A stretch of DNA of 64,000 nt, taken from Histomonas meleagridis 2922-C6/04-290x (Eukaryota > Protista > Parabasalia). How positions within the stretch are numbered: the first letter of the stretch is position 1; each line of letters opens with the position of its first letter. Shown here in pieces: positions 33,268 through 45,500 of the stretch. The notes under the pieces were generated by a model, which made no database searches, was not told the DNA's origin, and worked only from the letters and a program-made list of their open reading frames with translations. Location of the stretch: the NCBI GenBank assembly GCA_020184695.1, contig JAANOX010000047.1, forward strand, positions 393,257 through 457,256. Reading direction: 5' to 3'. A program made the position numbers and the translations under genes.

Positions 33268-36267
33268 ATGCTTTTGCTCTTGCCCTATTTTTCGTGTTCA
33301 CTGTTTGAAGCCCTCATAAATAAAAATATTCATGTAACTGGTGAAAGTTTAGAAGAAGCATATAACAATGCTTTGAGAATTAACGAATCAACAGATTTTT
33401 CAGAGGTTGATATTATCAATGGCGAAATTAAATACAGCACGGACGACTGGGATGTGATGGATAAAATTCACTTTTTTTCAATTTCTAGTGGTGTTTCTAT
33501 TGCTGATCCTGATAACTTTCCGTTACTTATGGGGAATATGCAAAAACTGATTAACGTTTCAATAGGAATTCCGTTACAAAACATCTCTTACCTGTCGTTC
33601 GAATCATTTACACAATTAACGCATGCTTATTTTGCTAATATTTCTCGATTTAATCCATATGCGTTTTCTAACTGTTACAAACTGATTTCAGTTGAAGCTC
33701 CTACTATAAGCTATATTGAAAATAGTGCATTCTATTTTTGCATAAGTCTTGAAACAATTATAACACCAAATGTTACAGAGATAGCGAATTATGCATTTTA
33801 TAGCTGCTCACTATTAAAAAATGTAAGTTTCCCGCATCTTAAACATTGTGGATCTAACACGTTTGAACTTTGTTCATTCTTATCTATAAATTTTCCATCA
33901 CTTGAAGAAGTTTCTCCATGTATGTGTATTTCATGCGAGAGTATGAAAAGTGTTTATTTGCCAAATGCTGTTGCAATTGGATTATATGCTTTTTTCCAAT
34001 GTTCTTCTTTGATAGATGTTTATGTTCCAAAAGTTGTGAATATTTCTGAAGGGGCATTCAATTCTGCGTATCGTCTTGAGAAACTTGATTTACCTTCTCT
34101 TGAAAATGCAGATTATGGTTTTATCGGCGAATGTATTAAACTATCTTACATTTCAATGCCTAAATTAAAGAATGTTCCAGAATATATGTTTGCCAACTTA
34201 AAATATATCGACACAGTTATTTTTCCGAGTGTTGAAACAATAGGAAAACATGCTTTTCATAGCTGTCATTTGTCTAAAAACATTTTTGAAAATCTTAAGA
34301 TCAAAAAAATTGATGATTATGGATTTGCAGACCTGTATTATGCATATTCTTTGTCATTTGAATATTGCGAATACATCGGAAATTATGCATTTATTTTAGC
34401 ACTTATGCCGTCTTTAATATTACCAAATGTTAAAACATGTGGTGATTATGCATTTAGTGATTCCTTTTTTTACGATTTATATCTTCCTTCGCTTGAAACT
34501 TGTGGTGATTATGCATTTTTAAACAATGAATTGCTAACAAATATAACGCTACCACGACTTATCAAAGCTGGAAATTCGCCATTTGAAGGATGTCGTGATT
34601 TGAAAGTCATTAATTTGCCAAATTTAATTAATGTCAGCGATTACTTCATATCTGATATAAATATAAGTAATTTTGAGTTTTTAAATTTAAGATATATTGG
34701 ATCATATGCATTTACTAAAAGTATTGTTGAAACAATTAATTTTCCAAATGCTTTAATTATTGGCGATTATTTTTTATATAATTGTAATGAAATTACCAGT
34801 GTTTCATTGCCAAATCTTGTTCAAATTGGATCATTTGCATTTTATAACTGCAGTAATTTAATAAATGTTTCATTACCAAAACTTAATAATTTTACATCGA
34901 CATTATTTTATCAATGTGATTTGATTCAAAGTATTTATTTACCAGAACTTGAAATATTTGATAAATATTTTTTAAACAATTGTAATGAAATTACCAGTGT
35001 TTCATTGCCAAATCTTGTTCAAATTGGATCATTTGCATTTTTTAACTGCAGTAATTTAATTAACGTTTCATTACCAAAACTTAATAATTTTACATCGATA
35101 TTATTTTATCAATGCGATTTGATTCAAAGTATTTATTTACCAGAACTTGAAATAATTGGTGAACATTTTATATATGATTGTTATAATGTAAAACATATAA
35201 ATTTACCAAAAGTCAAAATCATTGAAAACACAGCATTTGTTAATTGTAGTTCATTAACAGAACTTTCATTAAATTCTATTGAGTTAATTAAATCTGGACC
35301 GATTGCATTTAATTGTCGAATATTAAAAATTATATCTATGAATTCGCTTTTAAATGCACCTTCATCATTATTTTATAATATTGAAAGTCTTGAATATGTT
35401 TCACTTCAAAACTTAATAAATATTAAAAGTTATACATTTTGTAATTGTCGAAAATTATATGAAGTTAAACTTCCAAGAATATCAATAATAAATTCAACAA
35501 ATCCATGTTATGAATTTTCTAAATGTTCAACACTTGAAACACTTGAATTACCAATGCTTAAATATATTTATGGAAGAAATACATTTGAATATTGTACATC
35601 ATTAAAAACTATTTCTTTTCCACAATTAAAAACGATTAGTAAATCAGCATTTTTAAATTGTATAAATTTAAATAATATTTCACTTCGAACGATTAATACA
35701 CTTCCATCATATTGTTTTCAAAATTGTATTTCATTAAGAACACTTTATCTTAATGAAGTTCATACAATTGAAGGTGAAGGACATTTTTCAGGATGTTTTA
35801 ATTTAGAAATATTAAATATCACGAAATTAAGTACAGTTGATGAAAACTCTACGAAAATATTTGAAAATTGTACAAATTTAAATATTCTTCTTTTACCGAC
35901 AGATCCACCAAAATTTAATGATAACATATTTTTAACGACAACGAAAGATAATATCACTATTTGTTTACCTAATATTGAATCATATGAAAAATATGATAAT
36001 GATTGTACAGGATCTGAATGTGTTGAAAATTATTGGAAAGGAATTAATATTAAAGTTGATGATGATTTACGAGATAAATGTGCAAAATATGTTGAATTAT
36101 CGAATGGATTAAGTATAGCTGTTATCGCAATAATTTCATGTATTGGAGGTATTATTTTATTATCAGGATTTGTATTACTTTTTTGTTTATATCGGAAGAA
36201 CAAAGCTGAAAAAGAAATTCTTGAAAATATGCCTCACTTAAGCATTTCGATAGTTGATCCTATTTAA
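33268..36267 (+). CDS. BspA-like leucine-rich-repeat surface protein
   Basis: Signal peptide, many LPxL..IG..AF..C..L repeats (TpLRR type), C-terminal TM helix and short cytoplasmic tail. Confidence 0.92.
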   Translation: MLLLLPYFSCSLFEALINKNIHVTGESLEEAYNNALRINESTDFSEVDIINGEIKYSTDDWDVMDKIHFFSISSGVSIADPDNFPLLMGNMQKLINVSIGIPLQNISYLSFESFTQLTHAYFANISRFNPYAFSNCYKLISVEAPTISYIENSAFYFCISLETIITPNVTEIANYAFYSCSLLKNVSFPHLKHCGSNTFELCSFLSINFPSLEEVSPCMCISCESMKSVYLPNAVAIGLYAFFQCSSLIDVYVPKVVNISEGAFNSAYRLEKLDLPSLENADYGFIGECIKLSYISMPKLKNVPEYMFANLKYIDTVIFPSVETIGKHAFHSCHLSKNIFENLKIKKIDDYGFADLYYAYSLSFEYCEYIGNYAFILALMPSLILPNVKTCGDYAFSDSFFYDLYLPSLETCGDYAFLNNELLTNITLPRLIKAGNSPFEGCRDLKVINLPNLINVSDYFISDINISNFEFLNLRYIGSYAFTKSIVETINFPNALIIGDYFLYNCNEITSVSLPNLVQIGSFAFYNCSNLINVSLPKLNNFTSTLFYQCDLIQSIYLPELEIFDKYFLNNCNEITSVSLPNLVQIGSFAFFNCSNLINVSLPKLNNFTSILFYQCDLIQSIYLPELEIIGEHFIYDCYNVKHINLPKVKIIENTAFVNCSSLTELSLNSIELIKSGPIAFNCRILKIISMNSLLNAPSSLFYNIESLEYVSLQNLINIKSYTFCNCRKLYEVKLPRISIINSTNPCYEFSKCSTLETLELPMLKYIYGRNTFEYCTSLKTISFPQLKTISKSAFLNCINLNNISLRTINTLPSYCFQNCISLRTLYLNEVHTIEGEGHFSGCFNLEILNITKLSTVDENSTKIFENCTNLNILLLPTDPPKFNDNIFLTTTKDNITICLPNIESYEKYDNDCTGSECVENYWKGINIKVDDDLRDKCAKYVELSNGLSIAVIAIISCIGGIILLSGFVLLFCLYRKNKAEKEILENMPHLSISIVDPI
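34780..35154 (+). repeat. 198-bp tandem duplication (three LRR units) within the BspA-like gene
   Basis: TGTAATGAAATTACCAGTGTTTC... starts at 34783 and again at 34981, and the copies are nearly identical over about 175 bp. Confidence 0.9.
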
Positions 36268-36671
36268 TTTGTTTAAATTATTTAAAATTTATATATACTA
36301 CAAATGTAATTTACTGAATTATATTGTTTTCCGAATAAATTATATATCTATGATTTTTTTTAGATAAATAAAATATTTTAGTGTACTATTTCAGATATTA
36401 AAATTTTACATTTTTCATTAATTTATGTTCAAAAATGATCTTTACTTTAAAAAAAATGTTTAACATATATTATTTAGTGAAAATAATAAATTGTATTAAC
36501 GTTATTTATTGAAGTCTTCTGCCCTATTTGTGACATTGCAGTGTTTTTGTGTGTCAAATAATAATGTGGAATACCAAGCTAGTTTCAGAATATCCATCAA
36601 GATTCCATGGAAAGTTTTCGATTCCATAATAATTTTTTCACCTCATTTATGTATTCTCCAAGTTTCATCCG

Positions 36672-36745
36672 CACACACACACACACAGCGCTATTGAAGC
36701 TTCGCGTGATACGCTCGCTTCAAGCCGCGCTACATAAAAGAAAGC
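36672..36745 (+). repeat. Left imperfect terminal inverted repeat of element 1
   Basis: CACACACACACACACAGCGCTATTGAAGCTTCG...CGCGCTACATAAAAGAAAGC aligns with gaps and mismatches to the reverse complement of 60118-60198. Confidence 0.8.
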
Positions 36746-36991
36746 ATTAACGATAGAGGATGATTGAAAATTAGGATTAACGGTCGAGTTTTACGGTAAC
36801 ATGTGCGAAAAATAAAATAAATTTCATTAAATGTAATGTGTAACGTAACGTTACCTGTAACTTTGACATTTTGGAAAAAAGAAGAAGAATAAAGAACATG
36901 AGATGCAAAAACCAAGGTTACGTTACGTTACAGGTTATAAATTAAGTCTAGTTATAAAGTAGTAATTTGATTTTTTAATGCAACTAAAAAG

Positions 36992-38364
36992 ATGTCAGAA
37001 GTTACAATCGATATAAACGACAAATTCTGTTTAATGGAAAAAAAAAAAAATAAAAACTATGATTTAAACGGAGATGAAGCAATAAATGATTTAAAGAAAT
37101 GTTTTTTAGTATGTGATTCAACACCTGAAGTATTTATGTTTAAAGATTATGACGCAGTGAATGATTATGTTAAAGTAAGTTATACATCAGAAAACGTTGC
37201 AAAACAAAAGCTAAAGAAAATAATTATTGGCAAAAGAACTGAAGGAAACAAAACAAAAAACGTTTCCGCTTGGGATTTATATTTAGAAAATACAGAAATA
37301 TTTACGGTAAAAGCATTAAAATTTTATTCAAATGACCCTCAAATTTTTTCTTACTTTAGAGGTTATGATTATAAAAAAAGCTTGATAAAGTAAAAAAAAC
37401 AGAAATTATTCAACCATTTTTAGATCACGTCAGAGAAGTAATAACAAATGGTAAGGAAGAAATTTATAGATATATTCTAATTTGGATCGCAAGCATTCTT
37501 CAAAAACCAAAATTTCAAAACTGGAGTTGCTTTAGTTATATTAGGAAATCAAGGAACAGGAAAAAATACATTCTTTACAGATGTAATATGCAAATTAATG
37601 GCGAGATACGCAAATGAAAATGTTACGAATATAGAATCAGTAGTCGGTAAATTTAATGCAACATTAGAAAACAAAAAATTACTGGTTTTAAATGAATTAC
37701 AAAGTATTGATACTAATAAATTTTTAAATTCTGATGCGTTAAAATCTATTATAACAGATAAAACAATAAATATAAATCAAAAAAAAATGAACCGATGAGA
37801 GAAACAGAAAATGTTGCGAATTTTATAATGGTATCGAATAATGATGTTCCAATAAAGATTGAAAGTTATGATAGAAGATATGTTGTAACAAAAACAAGTG
37901 ATAAGCATTTACAAGATTTTGATTATTTCTCAAAACTTGCTGATTCATTTACACCTGCAATTTCTGAAAATTTATTTACATTCTTTATATTAATGGAAGT
38001 TTCGAAAGTAAATTTAAGAAGAATTTCGAACAGGTAAGCAAAAGAAAAGATAAAAGAAGCTTCAATGTCAAGTTATGAAATATTCGCTAGAGACAATTAC
38101 GAAAAAAACAAAAACATAACAGGTCCTGATTTATTTAATTTATATTGTGATTTTGTTGAAAAAAATAAATTCAACAGTTGCAGTTCAAGGACTTTTATTG
38201 CAAATATGAAAAAATTCACTGGAAATGCTTCTGCAAAAAGGATTGATGGAAAAGTATTTAAAGTATATAATTTATTGCCAGAAGTTCATGAAAGATTTGA
38301 AAAATATCATAAGAAATTAGAAGAACAAATAGTTGATGATGAAATTGACGAAGATGCTTTATGA
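36992..38364 (+). pseudogene. D5-like superfamily 3 helicase, frameshifted
   Basis: Walker A GNQGTGKNTF (about 37543-37570, in frame with ORF 37598), Walker B LLVLNE, and motif C FIMVSNN followed by DRRY. Split across four ORFs. Confidence 0.85.
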
Positions 38365-38568
38365 AGAATGTTTATTTTTATCAAAAAAAGACCATTAAAA
38401 TTTCGAGGGTTAAAAAATAACCAAAAAGTGAACCCTTTACGAAACGGAGTAAATGAGCATTTTTTGAAGGATTTAACGCAAAAAGAAAATGACAAAAATT
38501 AAAATATCTCGTTATGTGATAGTTATTTTTATATAATTTACATTTGCCGATGGCAAACTGCGACAAAG

Positions 38569-39000
38569 TCACATATCAAACGATTTCTTATTGTTTGTAG
38601 TCTTCGCCTGAAGGCTCGATGCTCGCGTGTGCTCGCTTCCCGGAAAAGTTATTTTTTCTTCTTCAAACTCTTTTGAAATTGCTATATTTTGATTACCAAT
38701 ATATGCATTTAATGATATAATTCTATTATCGATTTCTTCACGTTTCTCGACTAATTCGTCAGTGATTCGTTTTACGATATCATTTCTGGCTTTCATAAAT
38801 CTATTATTTAATTCTGCAGGAGCAATATTTACAAGTTTCTTTTCATTTGTTTTAGTAAGAATGTTATCGGTAAACTTTAAATTTACTGATTCAAGAAGTT
38901 TTAAATTCTTATCATAAAATTTAACGCCTACAAGAATATTATTATGAAGTATAGGTTTATTTGTTGGTTTGTCTATCTTCACTGTTGTATTATGATTATA
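38569..39000 (-). CDS. Hypothetical element protein (start uncertain)
   Basis: Open frame with plausible composition (VGVKFYDKNLKLLESVNLKFTD...), converging on the helicase gene. Confidence 0.35.
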   Translation of the reverse strand, partial: YNHNTTVKIDKPTNKPILHNNILVGVKFYDKNLKLLESVNLKFTDNILTKTNEKKLVNIAPAELNNRFMKARNDIVKRITDELVEKREEIDNRIISLNAYIGNQNIAISKEFEEEKITFPGSEHTRASSLQAKTTNNKKSFDM

Positions 39001-39136
39001 TTTAAAATCAACAGCGGCGTAAGGCGTCTTGCCGGAGCAAGACTTGTCTTGCGACTTAAATATTCTGGTATTAAATAATCTTGGAATGCATCCATTTATT
39101 AACGGTAAAAAATTTATTTTTTTAAATAAAAAAATA

Positions 39137-39886
39137 ATGCGAAAAAAATAATTCTGGAGAATAGTAGATAAAAAATTTGATGAGATAGAAGAATTGTTTG
39201 ATAAAATAGAAAAACAAAACAAAGAAATTTTAGAGAATGCAAAGATAAAACCAATACATAAAAGAATTCTTATTTGCTCAAAACGGAATAACAGCTTTTA
39301 TAGCGCCGATGGGTTCAGGCAAATCATATCTTTACGTTAAACTCGGAGCGAAACAAGAAGTATTATTTAACGAACCGTTTTTTGAATTAATAACTATTTG
39401 TAGTACATCCTCAAAATTTGATGAAACAGTAAATACTTATAAGGAAGCAATAAAGAAAACGAAACTTGTTGCGATAAAAGATACTGATTTGTTAGACTGG
39501 ATTAATAAATATATTCGGAGAATTTTAAAATATAATTCTATCATTAAATATATCAATTCTGATTTTAAGAAAACGGATGAAGAAGTAGAAAGATTATTTA
39601 TGAAATATAATTTGAATAACTCAAAGAAGAAATTAAAATACATTTCTGAAAAGTTAGCGAAATATCAATGGAAAAATTATCCGCATAGATGTTTGTTGAT
39701 ATTAGATGATTTTGCTAATCATCCTTTGATTTTTACGATTTAATAAAAGAAAGTCCAGCATCAATATTTGATGTTAATAATTTATGGTCCGTTTATTCTA
39801 AACTTCAAAGTCCACACGCAACGTTTAGCATACATATTAAAGCACGAAGAGTAATAATTGCCGATAAAGCTCGGGTAAAAAAATAA
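39137..39886 (+). pseudogene. A32/FtsK-like genome-packaging ATPase, frameshifted
   Basis: Walker A (TAFIA)PMGSGKS and Walker B LLILDD in ORF 39309..39743; additional N- and C-terminal pieces lie in other frames. Confidence 0.8.
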
Positions 39887-40004
39887 TTAGCTTAAAGAAG
39901 AAGATCATATTGTTTTTTAAATGATGAATAATATATTTTTATTTTCTTATTGTTTGTATCAATTGCACTAACAAAAGCTTTATTGTATTTAGTATAATTG
40001 ATTT

Positions 40005-40460
40005 TTAATTTTCTATATGCGACTCCATTAAAATAATAGAAAACATCAAGTTTTTTTCATCAAAATAATAATTTTCTAAAATAGATTTATTGTAAATGTC
40101 AACAATAATGCAATTATCACTTATATTTTCTACATATTCATATTCATATTTATTAAATGTTGATTTATTTCTGTTATTTTCAGCTTGAGATACCCATCGG
40201 AGATTTGAAATGTGATTATTTGTTTTATTCTTATCAATATGATCTATAACAGTATTAATTTCTTGATTTTCATTTTTTATAAACTGTAACGCAATAATTT
40301 TATGTTTTCTGAACGGTGTTCCATTTAATTTTAATTCATAATATCCGTCATGATTTATCCATTCACTGCACTTTCTTTTATTAGATTTTCTTCTAATGTT
40401 ATACGGAAACTCTGTAAAAATTTCATAATCAGTATCTACAACACATTCGATCCAGCTCAT
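40005..40460 (-). CDS. HNH endonuclease (phage NUMOD4/HNH_3 type)
   Basis: HKIIA...VIDHIDKNKTNNHISNLRWVSQAENNRNK motif. ATG at 40460 follows TATAAA. Confidence 0.85.
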   Translation of the reverse strand: MSWIECVVDTDYEIFTEFPYNIRRKSNKRKCSEWINHDGYYELKLNGTPFRKHKIIALQFIKNENQEINTVIDHIDKNKTNNHISNLRWVSQAENNRNKSTFNKYEYEYVENISDNCIIVDIYNKSILENYYFDEKNLMFSIILMESHIEN

Positions 40461-40609
40461 TTTATATAAAATAAAAAAATAAATTTTATAAATCAAAAAA
40501 TAAAGTGAAAATTCATTTTTGATTTTGAATCTCACCAACAAATAAATCTTCATCCAGAAATTGTTAGAAAAAAAAAAGAAAAAGAGTTATTGATTCTAAG
40601 AACGATTTT

Positions 40610-41137
40610 TTAAATGTTAATGGTTTCGTTTAAATTTCTATAAGAACTTTTTCCAACATTCGACAAAAGATATAATACTGGAGTTGATAAAGTATTTCCG
40701 ACTGATTCAGCGAATATTTCAAATGTATCTGTACCATTAAATGTTGATGGTATAGGAAGAATTTGTGAGTATAACCCTGATATTTGAATTATATTATATG
40801 AAGCATTATTTATTGTAAAGGCATTTGAAGAAGTAAATACAATTCTACCGGCTTCGTCGACTTCAGACGTAACGCCTGATTCTTGAATTAAAGAATTCAA
40901 CAGTAATATAAACGTTTGAGAGTTTAAGTCAGTGTAATCATTATTGAAATAGTATTTTTTACCGTTAATCTGTATAAAATCATCTTTCTCAATAACAACA
41001 ATAGAACATTTAGTCGTTAGCGACGTTACAATCATTTTTGCTTGACGTGTTGGCGGTGACGGTAAGTTTACGTCAATTCTATTGTAATGTTCAGCGTCGT
41101 AGGAAGAAATTGTATAATCAATTACTGCATTATACAT
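40610..41137 (-). CDS. Beta-rich element protein, candidate minor capsid (penton) protein
   Basis: Beta-strand-like alternating pattern (CSIVVIEKDDFIQING...GRIVFTS...STPVLYLLSN) and its position within a Maverick. The function is an inference. Confidence 0.4.
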   Translation of the reverse strand: MYNAVIDYTISSYDAEHYNRIDVNLPSPPTRQAKMIVTSLTTKCSIVVIEKDDFIQINGKKYYFNNDYTDLNSQTFILLLNSLIQESGVTSEVDEAGRIVFTSSNAFTINNASYNIIQISGLYSQILPIPSTFNGTDTFEIFAESVGNTLSTPVLYLLSNVGKSSYRNLNETINI

Positions 41138-41742
41138 TTTTATATATTGTAAAAATTTATGAATAACATATATAAAAAATTCAAGGGTTAAAAAATCACA
41201 AAAAGTTAACCTTTCAGTAACTCGAGCAAACATGCAATATTCATGTCAAATCATTCGAAAAACGCTAATTTACCGAACCTAGTGAGGTTCGAGCCCTGGC
41301 GAGACTCGGATTCGTTGAGGGTTCAAAAAAAGGGTTAAAAAATCACCTTTGAAAATTAAAAGGTACTTTTTACATTCAAAACCTCAGTTAATAACAACTT
41401 TAAGCTCCAAACACTAAAATCCACATAGGATTAACATTAAATTCTTTCCGATAAATCAACCGTCAACTTTTGCGTTAAAGCCTTCAAAAAATGCTCATTT
41501 TCTCCGTTTCGTTGAGGGTTCAAAAAAAGGGTTAAAAAATCACCTTTGAAAAATTTAATGATACTTTTTTAACATTTTAATTTATGTAAAATGTTTTTTA
41601 TTGGTGTTTGGATGTGTGTTATTGGAACCATTTACGTTTTAAATTCAATCGTAAATACAATGATAAAAATATATGTTGTATTTAACGAAGAGGAAGGAGA
41701 TAAAAAAGAAATCCCTGAAGATATTAAAAGGTCACTTTACTC

Positions 41743-42563
41743 TTAAAGTACAACAGTTTTTCTGTAATTATAAAGAAATACTAATTGAATAATAAACCTG
41801 CAATATTTCGGATAAATATTATTTTTACCGTTTGTTGTAAATCTAATGTTAAATGTTGAGCCATCAGTTGGCGCGTTATATAATACAGTAGGTTTTTCAT
41901 AAAAATCACCTTTGATGCCAATGAATCTTCGTTTTGAATCACTAAATGAAGCATGAAATTCTAAATACTCTCTGTTCCAAACATTATTAAAAGTCATTAC
42001 TTCCTTTTGAGTTGACAAATAACTTATACTTTCTGACGTTACATCTTGATTTAAGAATTTCAAAAAACTTTCTAAATTAGATGTAGTACTTCCTGAATCA
42101 ACAATCGCAAATTTTTGCGACAAGATTTTGGCTTTCATCCGAGCCTACATAAGTAAAGAAAAAATATAAATTGCCTGAGTCTTCGTATTCATAAGATAAT
42201 CTATCACTCGCAAATGAATTATTAAAACTATTACAAATTGACGTTAAAATTTCAAATAAAGTATTTTGCGCCATAACTTGAATTTTAATGATACGTGGAT
42301 TAGGTGAAGAACCACTGACGCTTTCAGGTTTAGTTACTTCAAACTGTAATGAGAAAACGTGAGCGGTCGGCGTTATATCTAATCTTCTTATGCCAATAGC
42401 TTTATTCTGTGACGGAGACTCTAACCAACGTTGAGGATAACGGAAAGTATAACCATTTTTGAGGATTTAATACTTCATACTTATCTAAATCAAGATTTGT
42501 ATAATTTTCTTCAATCGGTAACTGAGACGCAGTTGTTGTAAATTGATTTTCAGTTTTATACAT
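41743..42563 (-). pseudogene. Frameshifted element gene, possibly structural
   Basis: ORF 41743..42138 plus upstream coding-like pieces (GYTFRYPQRWLESPSQNKAIGIRRLDITP) back to an ATG at 42563. Confidence 0.5.
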
Positions 42564-42579
42564 TTTTATCTTATTAAAA

Positions 42580-45500
42580 ATGTCAAATTCACAGTTTGAA
42601 AAAATTGAAAATATAGTAAGAGCATTAATGAATAAAAACAGTGTTGTATACAGTAATCATTCAAAAACATCTGATACATTATCAAATGGTATATGTACAT
42701 TACAGATAAATAGTTATGACAAATCATTTGTTTTCACTTACGGAAGAAATCATGTTGTAATATCACCGTTAGATAATAGTATAAAAAAATTTAAAGTATA
42801 TCAATAATAATATTAAAGTTGATGATATACTTACTGGAGAAAAAAAAAAAAAAAATGCATATATAATTGAAATGTTCGGTAATATAAATAAAGTATTGGA
42901 TTTATATAAACAATTCGTAAAAATCAATGAAGATAGTAATAATGTTTCAATTACAAATTTAATTATTGATACCATTAATGGTTATTCAACAGATGATTTT
43001 GCATTAAAAAATCATACACATGAAATAATTAATAATGATTTAGCTATTAATGGAAGTTTAGTTGCAAACACCATTAACGGATATTATATTTCAAACAGTA
43101 TTGGAGGAGGTTCTAATTCAACAGTAAATATTCCATCAATCGCGACTATTAAATCAGATGGAGTCATGGAAGTCGGTGAGTATATTGATTTTTCATTATA
43201 GAGATGATTATAATAAAGATAATACGTGGAGAATTAAAGCAATAACCGATACATTAAGTTTTCAAGCAAAAGGTGGAAGTACAATTATTTTTAATAATAA
43301 CGGTAATATAACAGTAAATAGTATTAATGGTATTTCTACAAATGATATATCACTAACGACGCATAATCACGACGACAAATACTCTCCGTTAAATCATATT
43401 CATAGTGATTATCTAACTAATGCTAACTTAGAAAGTATTAATCATAAATTAACAGGAATATATTATAATGAAGAAACAATTACTAATGAAGAAGAAGAAG
43501 AAGATATTACTGAAAAATATACTTTAATAAATCAAGATCTTATAGTTAATGGTACGATTAATGATATTAACACAGAAGAAATAGCTTTAGTTCGAGACGG
43601 AATTTTTATCTACCGGAGACGTTATATCATTTGAAAACGGAGTCAGTATATCAACTTATGATAATACTACTGATGAAGGAATTACTGAAAATAATTTATT
43701 AATAAATTTTCCTAATGGTAATAGTATCATGTTAGAGGATAGCGGACATACTTATGGTATAATTAATAATGATGGAGAATAAAAAACAGAATACTATTTA
43801 ACAAAACAAATGATCATTGATGATGAAGACATACAAGAAATTTTAATGGGACCTCCAGGAGAAGACGGTGAATCCACATATAAAGAAAGTTTTTGTTGAT
43901 AGTATATTTGATATAATAGATACATTTTTTACAGCTGCTGATACAGCATATACTATAGCTCAAATTGTAAGTCAAATAAAAAATTTTGGGTGGGCAGGAT
44001 TTTTATATAATAGTTTTGGGATTAATGTTATGAAGTAAAAAGGTTATTTACCGTTACCATCATTGAAATCAGTAGTTTTTGATGAATATGATATATCGAC
44101 AGGTGGAATGTTGGAAGATTTAGAAGTTCCAAACGCTGATGATATTGACCAAGAATTTAATGAATATAATTATTTAATAAATCTATTCCCAGAAATGAAT
44201 ATTATATTTAAAAATTTGAAGTATTATTATAAAGACGTCTCTAAAGGTCAAAGAACAAATGAATTAGGTCTTTTTATTAGTCGATTGTCAGATATATAAA
44301 CGTTTCGTTAATCATAAACATGATAATTATTTAATAGCTGCTGATTTAAATAATTATACAGGAATAACTTATCATAAAGATTTATTAGAAACTAATGAAG
44401 AGGAGGAAGAAATATATGAAATCTACACGTCAATTAATCAAGATTTAAAGGTTAATGGATCGCTGATCTCCGATAGCTTTAGCTGTCGCGGTAATGTTGA
44501 ATGTACAACAATTAATGGTATTGATTTAGATGAATTATCTGTTATCAGTAATGATATATTTAATATTAACAATAAATTAACAGGTATTACTTTTTAATAA
44601 AGATTATGTCGAAACAAATGAAGAAGAAGATATTTATGAAATTTACACGTCAATTAATCAAAATATAAAAATAAATGGTAATATAGAATGTACAACTATT
44701 AATGGTATTGATACTAATAACTTTTCTTTAACAAATCATACTCACAATCAATATTTAACTAATGATAATTTAACTGATATAAATAAGGCTTTAACAGGAA
44801 TATCATATAATGAATATGGCGATTGGACTAAGATTAAACATGATTTATTAGTAGGTAATGATATTTCATGTAGAATATTGACAGCAAGTCGTAATATCAA
44901 TATTGATTGTAGTAAATATTCAGATGATACAAATATTTATAAAGGATTGTTTATTCATAGAACTAATGCAATGCCGGGTGATTCTATTAGGATGGAAATA
45001 GGTGTATTGCCTAATGGAGATGATTGTAGCGTAATAGAACATTACGTAGGTTCTGATGATAATATTGATACTTGTCTAAGATTCAAAGTTTGTGATGGCA
45101 ATTATGTAAGTATATTTAGAAACGGTAATATTAGTTGTAATAGTATTAATGGAATTGATACTAATAATATTTCATTAACAACACATAATCATGATGATAA
45201 ATATTCTTTATTAAATCATAATCATACAGAATTTAATAATGCTATTACTATTAATGGTGAACTTATTGTAAATAGTGATATATTTATTGATGGTAATATA
45301 AATTGTATTTCTATTAATAATATTTCTGTTGATAATTTCTCATTAAAAAATCATACTCATGATACTATTGATAATGATTTAAATGTTAATGGTAATTTAT
45401 ATTGTGAAACAATTAATGGAAAAATACCTGAAGAATTCTCATTAAAATATCATAATCATGACGAAAGATATTCTTTAACAACACATAATCATGATGATAA

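Noticed and set aside
36509-36671. Possible transposase remnant on the minus strand left of element 1 (NVTNRAEDFNK)
   Set aside because: The resemblance to transposase motifs is too weak and the frame contains stops.
39001-39222. 5' part of ORF 38569..39222
   Set aside because: It is the antisense of AT-rich spacer DNA and of the ATPase N-terminus, and reads as F/L/I-rich noise.
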